From Bacteroidota bacterium (GTDB lineage Bacteria; Bacteroidota; Bacteroidia; CAILMK01; JAAYUY01): a stretch of DNA of 32,000 bases. A program made the translations under genes and the position numbers. Shown piece after piece: positions 15,754-26,271 of this stretch; position 1 is the first letter of the stretch; the number at the start of each line of letters is the position of its first letter. The stretch is from NCBI GenBank assembly GCA_016776505.1, contig JADHTG010000031.1:1-32000 (forward strand), in the 5' to 3' direction. The notes under the pieces were generated by a model. The model saw nothing but the letters and a program-made list of their open reading frames with translations. It had not been told where the DNA came from and did not search any database.

Positions 15754-16458
15754 ATGGCTAAGAAAAAACAAGATAATACAGAGGCTGCTTTTAAAATTCC
15801 CATTTTTACCGAGGAAAACAGAACCAAACTCGAAAACTTTTTTGAAAAGTACAAAAAGCAGCTTACCTATGTCCTGGGGGCTATACTTGTCATCCTGATC
15901 GGAATTTTCGGATATAAGAATTTAATCATCAAACCACAGCAATTACAGGCACAGGACCTGATGTTTATTGCTGAAGACTATTTTGGCAAAGATTCTTTTG
16001 AATTGGCATTAAATGGATCTGCTGAAAGTTACTATGGTTTTCTTGATATCATCGATGAATTTAAAATAACCCCTTCAGGCAACCTGGCGCGATATTACGC
16101 AGGTATTTGTTATTTGAAGCTGGGTGATTACGAAGAAGCCCTCTTTCATCTTAAAAAATTCAAAACAAACAGCCTGATGCTAAAGCCTATTGCATTAGGT
16201 GCTATTGGAGATTGCTATTCGGAGCTTGAAGAATATGACAATGCCTTAAAATATTATATGAAAGCTGCTAATGCATCTGAAAACACATTCACTACTCCTA
16301 TTTTTCTCATGAAAGCAGGTGCTGTGCTTGAGCACCAGGATAATTATAAGAAGGCCATCAAAGTATACGAAAGAATCAAAGAAGATTTTAAAGATTCTCA
16401 GGAAGCGAATAATGCAGATAAATACATTGGCAGGGCTAAAGCACATGCCGGTTTATAA
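15754..16458 (+). CDS. membrane-anchored tetratricopeptide-repeat protein
   Basis: 234 aa with one N-terminal TM helix (LTYVLGAILVILIGIFGY) followed by TPR-like helices (ARYYAGICYLKLGDYEEAL, LGAIGDCYSELEEYDNALKYY). Confidence 0.7.
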   Translation: MAKKKQDNTEAAFKIPIFTEENRTKLENFFEKYKKQLTYVLGAILVILIGIFGYKNLIIKPQQLQAQDLMFIAEDYFGKDSFELALNGSAESYYGFLDIIDEFKITPSGNLARYYAGICYLKLGDYEEALFHLKKFKTNSLMLKPIALGAIGDCYSELEEYDNALKYYMKAANASENTFTTPIFLMKAGAVLEHQDNYKKAIKVYERIKEDFKDSQEANNADKYIGRAKAHAGL

Positions 16459-16465
16459 ACATTTT

Positions 16466-16984
16466 ATGCCTGTTAAAAGTGAACCATCTGCTGAATTTGA
16501 ATTTCTGCCTGTTAAAAAAGCAGAAAAGCTTCATATTGGTATCGTAGTTTCAGAATGGAATATCAAAATAACCTCGTCCCTCCTCCGCAAGTGTATAGAA
16601 ACACTGGAGAAATTCGGGATATCCGAAAACCACATTGAATTAAAATGGATACCAGGTTCTTATGAACTTTCATTAGCAGCACAATGGATGTTTGAATACA
16701 GGAATGTGGATGGAGTGGCCTGCCTGGGATGCATTATTCAGGGTGAAACTCCCCATTTTCAATTCATCTCTGAAAGTGTTGCCCTCACCATCGGACAGTT
16801 AGCTATCAAATACAACAGACCGGCTGCATTTGGTGTCATCACAGCTGAAACTGAAAAGCAGGCTTTGGACCGGGCTGGTGGAAAAGCAGGAAACAAAGGA
16901 GAGGAAGCAGCCCTTGCTTTGCTGAAAATGCTGAAGGTCAAAAGCGACTTGGCGGAACCAAAATCCAGCCTGGGTTTCAAATAA
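16466..16984 (+). CDS. ribH: 6,7-dimethyl-8-ribityllumazine synthase
   Basis: 172 aa from ATG 16466 with IGIVVSEWN, WIPGSYELSLAA, LGCIIQGETPHFQFISESV, FGVITAET and GNKGEEAALA. The ORF-track start at 16319 overlaps the TPR gene and is rejected. Confidence 0.9.
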   Translation: MPVKSEPSAEFEFLPVKKAEKLHIGIVVSEWNIKITSSLLRKCIETLEKFGISENHIELKWIPGSYELSLAAQWMFEYRNVDGVACLGCIIQGETPHFQFISESVALTIGQLAIKYNRPAAFGVITAETEKQALDRAGGKAGNKGEEAALALLKMLKVKSDLAEPKSSLGFK

Positions 16985-17155
16985 TAGAATTTGAAAATCA
17001 TCTTATTTCATCAGCCTAATGAGTTGATCGCAAGCTGCTATAGACCTAATTAACGGGGGAAAATTAATCTACAGAAGCACCCATCATCCTGATTGAAATT
17101 AAATCATATTCTTTAATTTCGCATCTTATTTTTATCCATTCCTAAAATTAGTTTC

Positions 17156-19267
17156 ATGCAGAAATATTATTTAATTGTTCTATTGGCTGTCTCCTTCATT
17201 TTAAGCAGTTGTAACAAAAAAAATGACTCTGAAGTAACAACAGAGGAGGTTTCCTATGCAAATGATACTGGCATTTTTGATAAGGCAAACGGCAAACTGA
17301 CACCAGAAATGATGTGGAGTTTTGGCAGGCTAGGTACTGACATCCAAATTTCACCCGATAAAAACAATCTGATATATGGCATTAAAAAGTATAATCTTCA
17401 AGGTAATACAGGCAGAAGTGACATTTATTCAATTCCCGCTGATGGAGGAGAGCCCAAGATACTCACTGGTGATTTAGAAGAATCATCTTTCAATGCAATC
17501 TGGCGGCCTGATGGTAATAAAATTGGTTTTATAACAGTTGATGAGGATGGGGCCCAAATCTGGGAAATGAATCCCGACGGAAGCGACAAACTGAAAATCA
17601 CGAATATTGAAAACGGGATAAATGGCTTCTTGTATGCTCCCGATAGAAAACATATTGTATTTGCCTCCGATGTAAAACTAGATCATACAACACTGGATCT
17701 TTACAAAGATCTTCCCGAAGCCAATGTCCGGATAATCAATGATTTGATGTACAGGCATTGGAGCCAGTGGCATGACTATGCTTACAGTCATGTTTTTGTT
17801 GCAGCTTATTCTGACGGAGCAATTGAAGAGGCTGTAGACATCATGGAAGGAGAACGATTTGATACTCCCATGAATCCATGGGGTGGCATGGAACAGATCA
17901 ACTGGAGTGCTGATGGGAGCAAAGTGGCTTATGCCTGCAAGAAAAAGTTTGGCAGGGAATATACACTCAGTACCAATTCAGAGATCTATATCTATGATCT
18001 CCAAAGCAAAGAAACAACCAACCTGACAGAAAATGGATTGGAAGGATATGATCATGATCCGGTTTTTTCACCTAATGGAAAAATGATTGTTTGGAAAAGC
18101 ATGGAGGAAGACGGATTTGAGGCAGATAAGGAAAGAATGATGCTTTATTATTTTGAAACAAATGAATTGGTGGATCTCTCTGAAGGATTCGACCAGAATG
18201 CATCACAATTTACCTGGGCTGAAGACAACAAAACAATCTATTTCACCAGTGGTGTAAATGCTACTTATCAAATATACAAGATCGATATCGAAACAAGGGA
18301 CATTACTCAAATCACGGAGGGAGTTCATAATTACCAGTCTTATGTTTTAGGGAAAAACGCACTGCTGGCTTGTAAAATGAGCATGTCGAAAGCTACAGAA
18401 ATTTTCTCGGTGGAGATGAACTCAGGGGAAGAAACACAGCTTACTTTTACAAATAAATGGATCTATGATCAAATCAAACTGGCCAGGGTTGAGGCAAGAT
18501 GGATTAAAACTACTGATGAGAAAGATATGCTGACCTGGATTATCTATCCTCCTGATTTTGATCCAAACAAAAAGTATCCCACCCTTTTATACTGCCAGGG
18601 AGGTCCCCAAAGCGCCGTGAGTCAATTTTTCTCATACAGGTGGAACTTCCAGATCATGGCAGCTCACGGATACATTATCGTTGCTCCTAACCGAAGGGGA
18701 TTGCCTACATTCGGACAGGAATGGAACGATCAGATCAGCGGTGATTATGGAGGTCAAAACATGAAAGATTACTTCAGTGCTATCGATGAAATGGCCATGG
18801 AACCCTATGTGGACAAAAATAAGCTGGGAGCTGTGGGTGCAAGTTACGGGGGCTATTCTGTATTTTGGTTAGCAGGACATCATGAAGGCCGTTTTAAAGC
18901 TTTTATTTCTCATTGCGGAATCTTCAATTTTGAAAGCATGTATGGCTCCACGGAAGAATATTTCTTTGTAAATAAGGATTATGAAGGTGCCTATTGGGAA
19001 GATCCAAGCCCTGTGAGTTATTCATTTTCCCCCCATTTATTCGTAAAAAACTGGGACACTCCCATATTGATCATAAGTGGAGAAAATGATTTCAGGATCC
19101 CATACACTCAAAGTATGGAAGCATTTAATGCTGCCCAGTTGCTGGGGGTAAAGAGCCGGCTCCTGATTTTCCCTGAAGAAACTCATTTTGTATTAAAACC
19201 CCAGAATGCAGTGCTTTGGCAAAGAGAGTTTTTTGGATGGTTGGATACTTACCTGAAACAAGATTAA
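17156..19267 (+). CDS. S9 family serine peptidase (prolyl oligopeptidase/dipeptidyl peptidase-like) lipoprotein
   Basis: 703 aa. It has a lipobox-like signal (VSFILSSC), an N-terminal TolB-like beta-propeller region and a C-terminal alpha/beta hydrolase with the nucleophile elbow GASYGGY, GENDFRIP (Asp) and EETHF (His). Confidence 0.85.
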   Translation: MQKYYLIVLLAVSFILSSCNKKNDSEVTTEEVSYANDTGIFDKANGKLTPEMMWSFGRLGTDIQISPDKNNLIYGIKKYNLQGNTGRSDIYSIPADGGEPKILTGDLEESSFNAIWRPDGNKIGFITVDEDGAQIWEMNPDGSDKLKITNIENGINGFLYAPDRKHIVFASDVKLDHTTLDLYKDLPEANVRIINDLMYRHWSQWHDYAYSHVFVAAYSDGAIEEAVDIMEGERFDTPMNPWGGMEQINWSADGSKVAYACKKKFGREYTLSTNSEIYIYDLQSKETTNLTENGLEGYDHDPVFSPNGKMIVWKSMEEDGFEADKERMMLYYFETNELVDLSEGFDQNASQFTWAEDNKTIYFTSGVNATYQIYKIDIETRDITQITEGVHNYQSYVLGKNALLACKMSMSKATEIFSVEMNSGEETQLTFTNKWIYDQIKLARVEARWIKTTDEKDMLTWIIYPPDFDPNKKYPTLLYCQGGPQSAVSQFFSYRWNFQIMAAHGYIIVAPNRRGLPTFGQEWNDQISGDYGGQNMKDYFSAIDEMAMEPYVDKNKLGAVGASYGGYSVFWLAGHHEGRFKAFISHCGIFNFESMYGSTEEYFFVNKDYEGAYWEDPSPVSYSFSPHLFVKNWDTPILIISGENDFRIPYTQSMEAFNAAQLLGVKSRLLIFPEETHFVLKPQNAVLWQREFFGWLDTYLKQD

Positions 19268-19293
19268 ATGCAGATGCTTAACTCAATTCACCC

Positions 19294-19683
19294 ATGAAAA
19301 GAAGCAATCAAACTCTTTATAAGTATCTTTTTTGGTGCTGGTTAATTCTTATATTGGGTGTTTCCTCTATTCCCAGTCTGCCGGTTCTTGAAAAAGAAGT
19401 AATTGGTCTCGTGCGAACCGATTATTTCATTCATTTTGTCGAATACTTTATACTGGCTATGCTTTTTGTTTTGTGGAAGAAAAATACTTCATTTAAACCG
19501 ATCAGCCTGGTCTTGATTTGGCTCATAGGAACAGCCATAGCTTTTGCTGATGAAATTCATCAATTGTGGATTCCTGATCGCACCTTCAACCCGGCAGATC
19601 TCTTATTCAATTCTTTTGGTATACTTTCCGGCCTGATTCTCACAAACATACTGTTAATAAATTTTTCATATCAAAATGATTAA
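19294..19683 (+). CDS. VanZ family membrane protein
   Basis: 129 aa with 4 hydrophobic helices and the VanZ signature ADEIHQLWIPDRTFNPADLLFNSFG. Confidence 0.7.
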   Translation: MKRSNQTLYKYLFWCWLILILGVSSIPSLPVLEKEVIGLVRTDYFIHFVEYFILAMLFVLWKKNTSFKPISLVLIWLIGTAIAFADEIHQLWIPDRTFNPADLLFNSFGILSGLILTNILLINFSYQND

Positions 19684-19708
19684 TTGAGATAATTTTGACA
19701 GATAATTT

Positions 19709-20221
19709 ATGCCGATGGGAGTAAATCATGTGTCATTTAAGGATTTGTCAACCACACAACAAGAACTGGTATTTTCCGCTCAAAAAGTGATGTCAAAAGC
19801 CTACAATATTTATTCGGATTACTTTGTAGGCGCCAGTGTCAGAACAAAAAAGGGGGGAATATATTCATCAGCTAACATGGAAAATTCCTCTTACGGACTT
19901 TCCATTTGTGCGGAAGTAGGTGCCATACAGCAGGCCATTTCATCAGGAGATCCGGAAATTACCACAATAGCAGTTTGCGGAGGATTTAATTCTGAAAACA
20001 AAGGCAAAACACCGACTCCTTGTGGCAGATGCAGGCAGTTAATCTATGAATCTAGCCAGATATCTTCCATCGACCTGGAAGTTATTTGTGCAAATTCTGA
20101 TTTGTCCGGTATTATTATTACTAAAATATCTGATTTATTACCCTTACCTTTCGGATCAAAGGACCTTCATTTGGATTTGAAAATTAAAGAGATAAAAAAG
20201 CGAATAAAAAAATCAAAATAA
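19709..20221 (+). CDS. cdd: cytidine deaminase
   Basis: 170 aa with the zinc-binding motifs CAEVGAI and PCGRCRQ, plus NMENSSYGLSI. Confidence 0.85.
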   Translation: MPMGVNHVSFKDLSTTQQELVFSAQKVMSKAYNIYSDYFVGASVRTKKGGIYSSANMENSSYGLSICAEVGAIQQAISSGDPEITTIAVCGGFNSENKGKTPTPCGRCRQLIYESSQISSIDLEVICANSDLSGIIITKISDLLPLPFGSKDLHLDLKIKEIKKRIKKSK

Positions 20222-20247
20222 ATTTAGGAATTACTCAATAAAATAGG

Positions 20248-20790
20248 ATGAAATATCTGATAACAGGCAGCTTGGCAATCTTTATTTTACTCGTTTTATC
20301 AGGATGTCTGACCTGCGAGAAAAAAGAGTATGTTTTTGAGCTAAAAAAAGATGGAAGCGGTAAACTGACTATTATTTATCACAATATCATGTCGGCTATG
20401 GAAGAAGATCTTGATATGTCGGAAAAGGACTATACTGAACTAACTAGTGAATATATGGAAGGAAATAAGCTGCAGGAAGATTACCCGAATTGCAAGATAA
20501 AAAGGTATAAATTATATGAACAGGATGGATTGCTGAATGGAAAAGTAAGTATTTATTTTGAAAAGATTGAGGATGTCAAGCTCTATCAACATCAGGGCAG
20601 GGGACACTATATGCTCAGTTTATGTGATTACAGTGAATCATATGTCAGTTCGAACGGTGAATATGGGGATGAAATCATGCCGGTGGTGTTTTGGGATAAA
20701 GGATTAAATGAGCTAAAATTAACGACTTTTATAGATGAACCCGGCGAGCAGAACATGAGCCTAATTGATGAATATAAAAAGTCGAAATAA
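20248..20790 (+). CDS. hypothetical lipoprotein
   Basis: 180 aa with a lipobox (LLVLSGC). I recognise no family motif. Coding status is supported by length and the lack of competing ORFs. Confidence 0.5.
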   Translation: MKYLITGSLAIFILLVLSGCLTCEKKEYVFELKKDGSGKLTIIYHNIMSAMEEDLDMSEKDYTELTSEYMEGNKLQEDYPNCKIKRYKLYEQDGLLNGKVSIYFEKIEDVKLYQHQGRGHYMLSLCDYSESYVSSNGEYGDEIMPVVFWDKGLNELKLTTFIDEPGEQNMSLIDEYKKSK

Positions 20791-21472
20791 CGATATCCAG
20801 AGCGCGTGTAATAAAGCACTTATTAATTTATCTATTATTCTTACTTTCCTTAGCTTAAGTTTACATTCTTTAACTCAAACAATCAATCCTAAGATAAAGA
20901 TTAATAATAGTATAGACTCATCTGGTTTTTCTATGTATTCATTCAATGATACTTTAAATATTGATAATGAGAACTTGAAGATATTATACTCTCCAGCCAA
21001 TTCCAACATCCTGGTTGTAACCAGCTCAGGAAAATCAGGCACTACACTGCTTATCGCATTGGCTGATTCAAACAAAACCCATGTTTTATGGTATTCTGAC
21101 GCAATAGATCATTTTGAACTGATAGATTTTAATAAGGATCAGGTGGACGAGCTCCTTGTTGAAACTGAAAATGCCGAAGAAACTATGATTTCAAATAAAA
21201 TGTATATCCTGTCACTTGACAGATCTGCTGTTGACACTTTGTTTCAAATGGATGGTTATCACTTCAGGAGATCGGCAGTAAAAAATATATCGCCCCTTTC
21301 TAAATCCTATTTCTACACAATTAAGGATTACAATAAGGACCATTTACTGGATCTGAAAGTAAAAACCATTCGAAAATATAAGAAAGACAGGAAGTGTGAT
21401 TGCGATAAAGATTACTTTTACAGAATAAAAAAACAATATTTCTATTTTAAAGAGGGTGGTTTTAATGAATAA
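20765..21472 (+). CDS. hypothetical secreted protein with two DxNKDxxxD(E)L calcium-site-like motifs
   Basis: 235 aa with a hydrophobic N-terminal segment (LINLSIILTFLSLSLHS). DFNKDQVDELLV and DYNKDHLLDLKV resemble FG-GAP/EF-hand-like loops. It overlaps the previous gene by 26 nt. Confidence 0.45.
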   Translation: MMNIKSRNNDIQSACNKALINLSIILTFLSLSLHSLTQTINPKIKINNSIDSSGFSMYSFNDTLNIDNENLKILYSPANSNILVVTSSGKSGTTLLIALADSNKTHVLWYSDAIDHFELIDFNKDQVDELLVETENAEETMISNKMYILSLDRSAVDTLFQMDGYHFRRSAVKNISPLSKSYFYTIKDYNKDHLLDLKVKTIRKYKKDRKCDCDKDYFYRIKKQYFYFKEGGFNE

Positions 21473-21495
21473 TTAAAATTTTTCAACAAAAACAA

Positions 21496-22137
21496 ATGAC
21501 CTTATTTTTGAAAAAAATATTTTCAGTGCGTAAATCAATACTAAGTGTTTTTTTGTTTTGCTTGATACCTATTGTTATATGGTCAGGTTCTCCCATTACT
21601 CATACCCCGTTTTACACCGCTTACCTTGATTTCAAAATGGTAGAGAAAGCTGAATTGAAAGGATTTCTTGACAACGAGGTGGCCGACTACCTACTTTCAC
21701 CCAAATTATCACTTGATTTAAAAGCTGCAATCATCAATGCGCTTTCATTTGAAATTCTTGGTAAAGACAATTCAAACCGCTTTATTTCCTTTTTAAACAA
21801 GAAATACCATTCTGATGATTTCGTTCAATACCAGGATAAGCTTACTGCAGACGAATTATTCTGCCTGGGTTATTTATTAGTCATGGATGATTATTTTAGT
21901 CCGAAAATTGCTATCCCCTACCTGAAAAAGGCCAAAGAGATGGAGCCAAATGACTATACGATCAATATGATATTGGCGATAACATCTGCTCAATCTATCT
22001 TTAATGTGAATAAATGCAAAGCCTGTAAAATGATCGATGATGTTATCAAAAACAAAAAGCTAACAGATCGAATGTTGCCCGAGGCAGAAGAAACCATATT
22101 GATTTATTTTAACAGAATTGGATATGAATGTCACTAA
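21496..22137 (+). CDS. hypothetical membrane-anchored/secreted protein
   Basis: 213 aa with an N-terminal hydrophobic segment (ILSVFLFCLIPIVIW) and a helical repeat-like body. No recognisable catalytic motif. Confidence 0.5.
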   Translation: MTLFLKKIFSVRKSILSVFLFCLIPIVIWSGSPITHTPFYTAYLDFKMVEKAELKGFLDNEVADYLLSPKLSLDLKAAIINALSFEILGKDNSNRFISFLNKKYHSDDFVQYQDKLTADELFCLGYLLVMDDYFSPKIAIPYLKKAKEMEPNDYTINMILAITSAQSIFNVNKCKACKMIDDVIKNKKLTDRMLPEAEETILIYFNRIGYECH

Positions 22138-22252
22138 AACAGGCTTTTATGAACATTCATTTAATCTTTGGATCATTTAATTAGGCCTTATCAATTGTTC
22201 TGGTATTGTTTAGATAATTTTAGGGCAATTACAGGATCAGCAAATACTTAAT

Positions 22253-23098
22253 TTAATCCTCGTTTTGACTTGTAGCCTTCGCCTCTCCCTGTTTTACTTT
22301 CTTATTTTGTCTTTTTTGAAGGCGGAAATAGAAATAGATTACTCCGGCAATCACAAACAGGGAGATAAATTGAGAATTTGAAAGAAAATCTTCTATCACA
22401 TAACCACGACCTTCGTCACCCCTGAAAATTTCAATAATACTCCTACCGATTGCATATAATGCAAGGTAAATGAGGAACAGCTGCCCATGAAACTGTTTCC
22501 TGGATTTGATTAATGAAAGTATCAGTATGATTAAAAGCAGCAGAAGAACACTATATAATTGAGTTGGATGAAGCGGCATATCCTTTGGATAGGCTGCACA
22601 ATGAGGATCTGAAAATGTAATTCCTAAAAAACTATCTGTTGGAATCCCATGACAACATCCGGCCATAAAACAACCGAAACGACCAAACGCATGTACAATA
22701 GGTGCTGTTATTGCAATGATATCCAGCATTTGAAGCACAGGAATCTTGTGCTTTTTGAAAAAGAACAGCATCGTGGGTATTGCGAATATTAAAGATCCAT
22801 AAAATACAAAACCACTGCTGAAATTTTTGAGCAGGTTGGCCGGATCAGAAAAATAAAAGCGTGGATTTTCAAACCAAGTGAATACCTTGCCGCCAACAAC
22901 AGCAGCAATCACAATGTAAATCAACAAAGAGGTAATCGTATCCTGGCTGATCCCCATTTCTTTTTTCGCTCTCCAGGATGCATAAGTATAGGCTGCGAGT
23001 ATGCCCAGGGCTATGAAAAAACCATAAGAATGAACAGTTAAATGATCCGGACCAGGTAAAAAGTCGGGCCAGGGAATTTTAAATAGTACTGGGTGCAT
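22253..23098 (-). CDS. lgt: prolipoprotein diacylglyceryl transferase
   Basis: 281 aa polytopic membrane protein with HSYGFFIALG, GRFGCFMAGCCHG and HPTQLY, which are typical Lgt motifs. Confidence 0.9.
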   Translation of the reverse strand: MHPVLFKIPWPDFLPGPDHLTVHSYGFFIALGILAAYTYASWRAKKEMGISQDTITSLLIYIVIAAVVGGKVFTWFENPRFYFSDPANLLKNFSSGFVFYGSLIFAIPTMLFFFKKHKIPVLQMLDIIAITAPIVHAFGRFGCFMAGCCHGIPTDSFLGITFSDPHCAAYPKDMPLHPTQLYSVLLLLLIILILSLIKSRKQFHGQLFLIYLALYAIGRSIIEIFRGDEGRGYVIEDFLSNSQFISLFVIAGVIYFYFRLQKRQNKKVKQGEAKATSQNED

Positions 23099-24059
23099 AC
23101 TTCTTTAGTTTAGGATTCACCTCAAAGTTAGTCGAATTTACCAGGACATTCAGGCTCGCGGGAATTAATTCAATTTCAGCTGGTGATTCACCCAGGAATT
23201 CACCATCAGCTTCTACCAGAAAGGGTATATCAGATTGTAATTTGAAGTGTCTTCCACAACGTAAAATAACTTTTGAGATCTTAACGAAACTGCCATTGAA
23301 CAAGCGTAAAACATTTTTAATCACACCCCATTTACTTAAATCCCCAATCATGGTAATATCCAGGTAAGCGCTGTCAGGTTTTGAGAATGGTAATATCATC
23401 ATTCCTCCCCCATTGTATTTGCATATGCCGGCAGCTATACTTAGCAATCTTGCTTTATCCGTATGATCATCAAGGATTACTATAGCTTCCTTATTCCTGG
23501 ATTTAAACAAGTCTAAAAGCAGGGTTAAAAAATATATGAAGGTCCCTGATCTGCCTTTTTCCTTGGCTTTCTGCACATCCCTGACTACCAGGGCATCAAA
23601 TCCAAAACCAGCAATATTGATAAAATATTTGTATTTGCTTTTCCCATCTGAAAAATAGGTCAGTTTACCAATATCCTGCCTGAATTTTTTCCCGTGGATC
23701 AATAATTCAACGGATTGCTCTATCGATACAGGATTAGAATAGGTTTTACCCCAATCATTTCCGTTTCCAACAGGTATATTGGCCAGAAGCATTTCGCTTG
23801 TAGGCACCTCTTTTTGAATAAAAATACCATTGACTACTTCGTTCAAACTACCGTCACCACCTACTACAGCAAATTTTCTGTAGCCTTGTTTGATAAACTC
23901 GCTGCTCTTTCCTATGGCATGTCCTGGATATTCTGTAAAAAATGAATCATATACTACTTGCATCTTATCCAGGTAATCTTGTATCACAGGCCATTTTTTC
24001 AACCCTTTCCCATTCCCTGCCTGAGGATTTACAACGATCATCCATGTGTGTTTCATCAC
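23079..24059 (-). CDS. diacylglycerol kinase catalytic-domain lipid kinase (YegS/BmrU family)
   Basis: 326 aa with VNPQAGNGKG and VVGGDGSLNEVVNG. Its 3' end overlaps the lgt start by 20 nt. Confidence 0.85.
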   Translation of the reverse strand: MMKHTWMIVVNPQAGNGKGLKKWPVIQDYLDKMQVVYDSFFTEYPGHAIGKSSEFIKQGYRKFAVVGGDGSLNEVVNGIFIQKEVPTSEMLLANIPVGNGNDWGKTYSNPVSIEQSVELLIHGKKFRQDIGKLTYFSDGKSKYKYFINIAGFGFDALVVRDVQKAKEKGRSGTFIYFLTLLLDLFKSRNKEAIVILDDHTDKARLLSIAAGICKYNGGGMMILPFSKPDSAYLDITMIGDLSKWGVIKNVLRLFNGSFVKISKVILRCGRHFKLQSDIPFLVEADGEFLGESPAEIELIPASLNVLVNSTNFEVNPKLKKYAPSTI

Positions 24060-24187
24060 CTTTATTATTTTAACAGACAGTAAAATTAGATCAATTCACC
24101 TGATAATCCTGATAAATCGAATTTCTTGCTTGGATCCTTGCTGCAGAAAGAGTCAAACAGCCTTCTACATTATATGATCACTTATAC

Positions 24188-24195
24188 TATTTTTG
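24188..24195 (+). promoter_or_regulatory. candidate -7 box (TATTTTTG) for the AEC transporter gene
   Basis: Exact TAnnTTTG match ending 25 nt upstream of the ATG at 24221. Confidence 0.4.
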
Positions 24196-24220
24196 AATTT
24201 TATCTAACAAAACGGGGCAT

Positions 24221-25123
24221 ATGGAAATTATCCTCTTTAAAATTCTTCCTGTATTATTGATTTTCCTTTTAGGGTATATTCTGAAGATCCTGAACGTCTT
24301 GCCGGTCAAATATGGAGATATGTTGATCCGGGTCATTTTTAATGTCTCACTCCCGGCATTAGTTATCGTGTCCATATCCTCTTTGGAATTAAATCTGCAA
24401 TTGGTTTATCTGCCCTTTTGCTCCTTCATTGTCATATGTGCTGTTTATTTCATTAGCCTGTTCACAGGCAAGGCTTTTAAATTGCAGAAATTGACTTTCG
24501 GGACTTTTCTTATTGGAACACTTATATTGAATAATGGATTTTTAATCCCTTTTATCATGGCTGCTTTTGGTGATGATGGCGTTGCCAGGTTATTATTATT
24601 TGATTTTACAAACGGACTGCTGGTTTTTAGCTTTATCTACTACCAGGCTGTTAAATTTGGGAATAAAGGAGCAGGAAATAAAACGATAATTAAAAAGTTT
24701 CTTGTTTCAGCTCCTCTCTGGGCATTATTTATAGCCATTATATTAAACCTAGCTCAGCTGAAAATTCCTTTTACACTCTATCATTTCCTGGATATTTCAG
24801 GTGATATGACGATTCCTTTAATGATGCTGAGTTTAGGTATATTTTTCAATCCAAAACCCCATAAAATCAAGCTGGTGGCCGCTGGATTATTTATTCGCAT
24901 GGGAATTGGACTGGGATTGGGGATCCTTCTTAGCTGGCTATTTGGTTTGGAAGGATTAAACCGCACCATTGTGATCATAGGTTCTGCTGCACCCATTGGA
25001 TTTAATACTTTAACTTTTGCTTCCATGGAGGAATTAGACAAGGAATTTGCAGCAAGCCTGGTTTCAGCTTCCATACTGATTGGCATATTTTATACTCCTT
25101 TTTTGATATTTTTGCTTCAATGA
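24221..25123 (+). CDS. AEC (auxin efflux carrier) family transporter
   Basis: 300 aa with about 10 hydrophobic helices in two halves. Size and the N-terminal ILPVLLIFLLGY pattern are typical of the AEC family. Confidence 0.75.
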   Translation: MEIILFKILPVLLIFLLGYILKILNVLPVKYGDMLIRVIFNVSLPALVIVSISSLELNLQLVYLPFCSFIVICAVYFISLFTGKAFKLQKLTFGTFLIGTLILNNGFLIPFIMAAFGDDGVARLLLFDFTNGLLVFSFIYYQAVKFGNKGAGNKTIIKKFLVSAPLWALFIAIILNLAQLKIPFTLYHFLDISGDMTIPLMMLSLGIFFNPKPHKIKLVAAGLFIRMGIGLGLGILLSWLFGLEGLNRTIVIIGSAAPIGFNTLTFASMEELDKEFAASLVSASILIGIFYTPFLIFLLQ

Positions 25124-25161
25124 TTTAGCTCATTCAAGTTTTAACCGAAAATAATTGAACA

Positions 25162-26115
25162 TTGAACTCTCGCACACCCTACATTTGGGGACACCACAGG
25201 CGCTTTAATACCTATTCTAACTTTTTGCAGAAAAAATTTGGAAGACGGATTCAAAAAATAGCGGTTGATGCAGGTTTCAGCTGCCCTAACAGGGATGAAA
25301 CAACAAGAAAGGGAGGCTGCACATTTTGCTCAAATGAGGCCTTCCGACCTAAATTTTGTGATGCTGACAAGTCCATAAAAGAGCAACTGAAAACAGGTAT
25401 TAGTCATTATAAAAAACGATACAAAACGCCCCAGCAATTTATGGCCTATTTTCAGGCCTATACTAACACATATGCTTCTGTTGACATATTAGAAGAAAGA
25501 TACCGGGCTGCTTTGGAGTTCCCCGAAGTCCAGGCGATTTGCATTGGAACCAGGCCTGATTGCATGGATGATGCTGTTTTAAACCTTCTGGAGGATATCT
25601 CAAAAGAATACTTCGTATCAGTAGAGTTCGGAATTGAATCCGTATTCGATGATACCCTTGAAAAAGTAAACAGAGGGCATGGATTTGAACAAACTGTTGA
25701 CATGATAAATCAAACTGCTGCGAGAGGTTTGCATACAGGAGGACATATTATTTTTGGTTTGCCCGGAGAAACAAAAGAAATGATGCTTTATGAAGCTGAA
25801 GTTCTTTCAAAACTCCCTTTGGACTCTATAAAATTCCACCAGTTGCAGATATTGAAAAATACGGAGATGGAAACTTATTTTCGGGAATACCCTGAAGAAT
25901 TTGTACAGTTTTCACTGGATGAATACCTTGATTTTCTGCTTTGTTTTCTGGAAATTTTCAGGCCTGACATTGTTATTGAACGAATTGCCTCTGAGATTCC
26001 TGTAGAGTTTTTAGTAAACACGGCCTGGAATCAGGTGAAATATGAACAAATAGTAAATAAACTGGAAAATCTCTTTGAGGAAAAGGATAGCTGGCAGGGG
26101 AAATACTATCCTTAA
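25162..26115 (+). CDS. TIGR01212 (YhcC-like) family radical SAM protein
   Basis: 317 aa with IQKIAVDAGFSCPNRDETTRKGGCTFC (cluster Cys motif), YFQAYTNTY and VEFGIES. There is no ATG near the N-terminus, so a TTG start at 25162 is assumed. Confidence 0.8.
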   Translation: MNSRTPYIWGHHRRFNTYSNFLQKKFGRRIQKIAVDAGFSCPNRDETTRKGGCTFCSNEAFRPKFCDADKSIKEQLKTGISHYKKRYKTPQQFMAYFQAYTNTYASVDILEERYRAALEFPEVQAICIGTRPDCMDDAVLNLLEDISKEYFVSVEFGIESVFDDTLEKVNRGHGFEQTVDMINQTAARGLHTGGHIIFGLPGETKEMMLYEAEVLSKLPLDSIKFHQLQILKNTEMETYFREYPEEFVQFSLDEYLDFLLCFLEIFRPDIVIERIASEIPVEFLVNTAWNQVKYEQIVNKLENLFEEKDSWQGKYYP

Positions 26116-26271
26116 ATACTCAAAAAAATCTTCTTTGCATCAAATAAATTCGGATGCACCAAAGTGTCAGAATCCCTTTATCAACCCTGTTGTGCATAAT
26201 TTACATTCTGATCGTTTCAATATTGACGTAAATTTCGCCCGTTTTATGTTCTTTGAATTGAAAAATGTTAA

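Noticed and set aside
16319-16465. Upstream extension of ribH (ORF-track start at 16319).
   Set aside because: The extension overlaps the TPR gene by 140 nt and has no lumazine-synthase similarity. The ATG at 16466 gives a normal 172-aa RibH.
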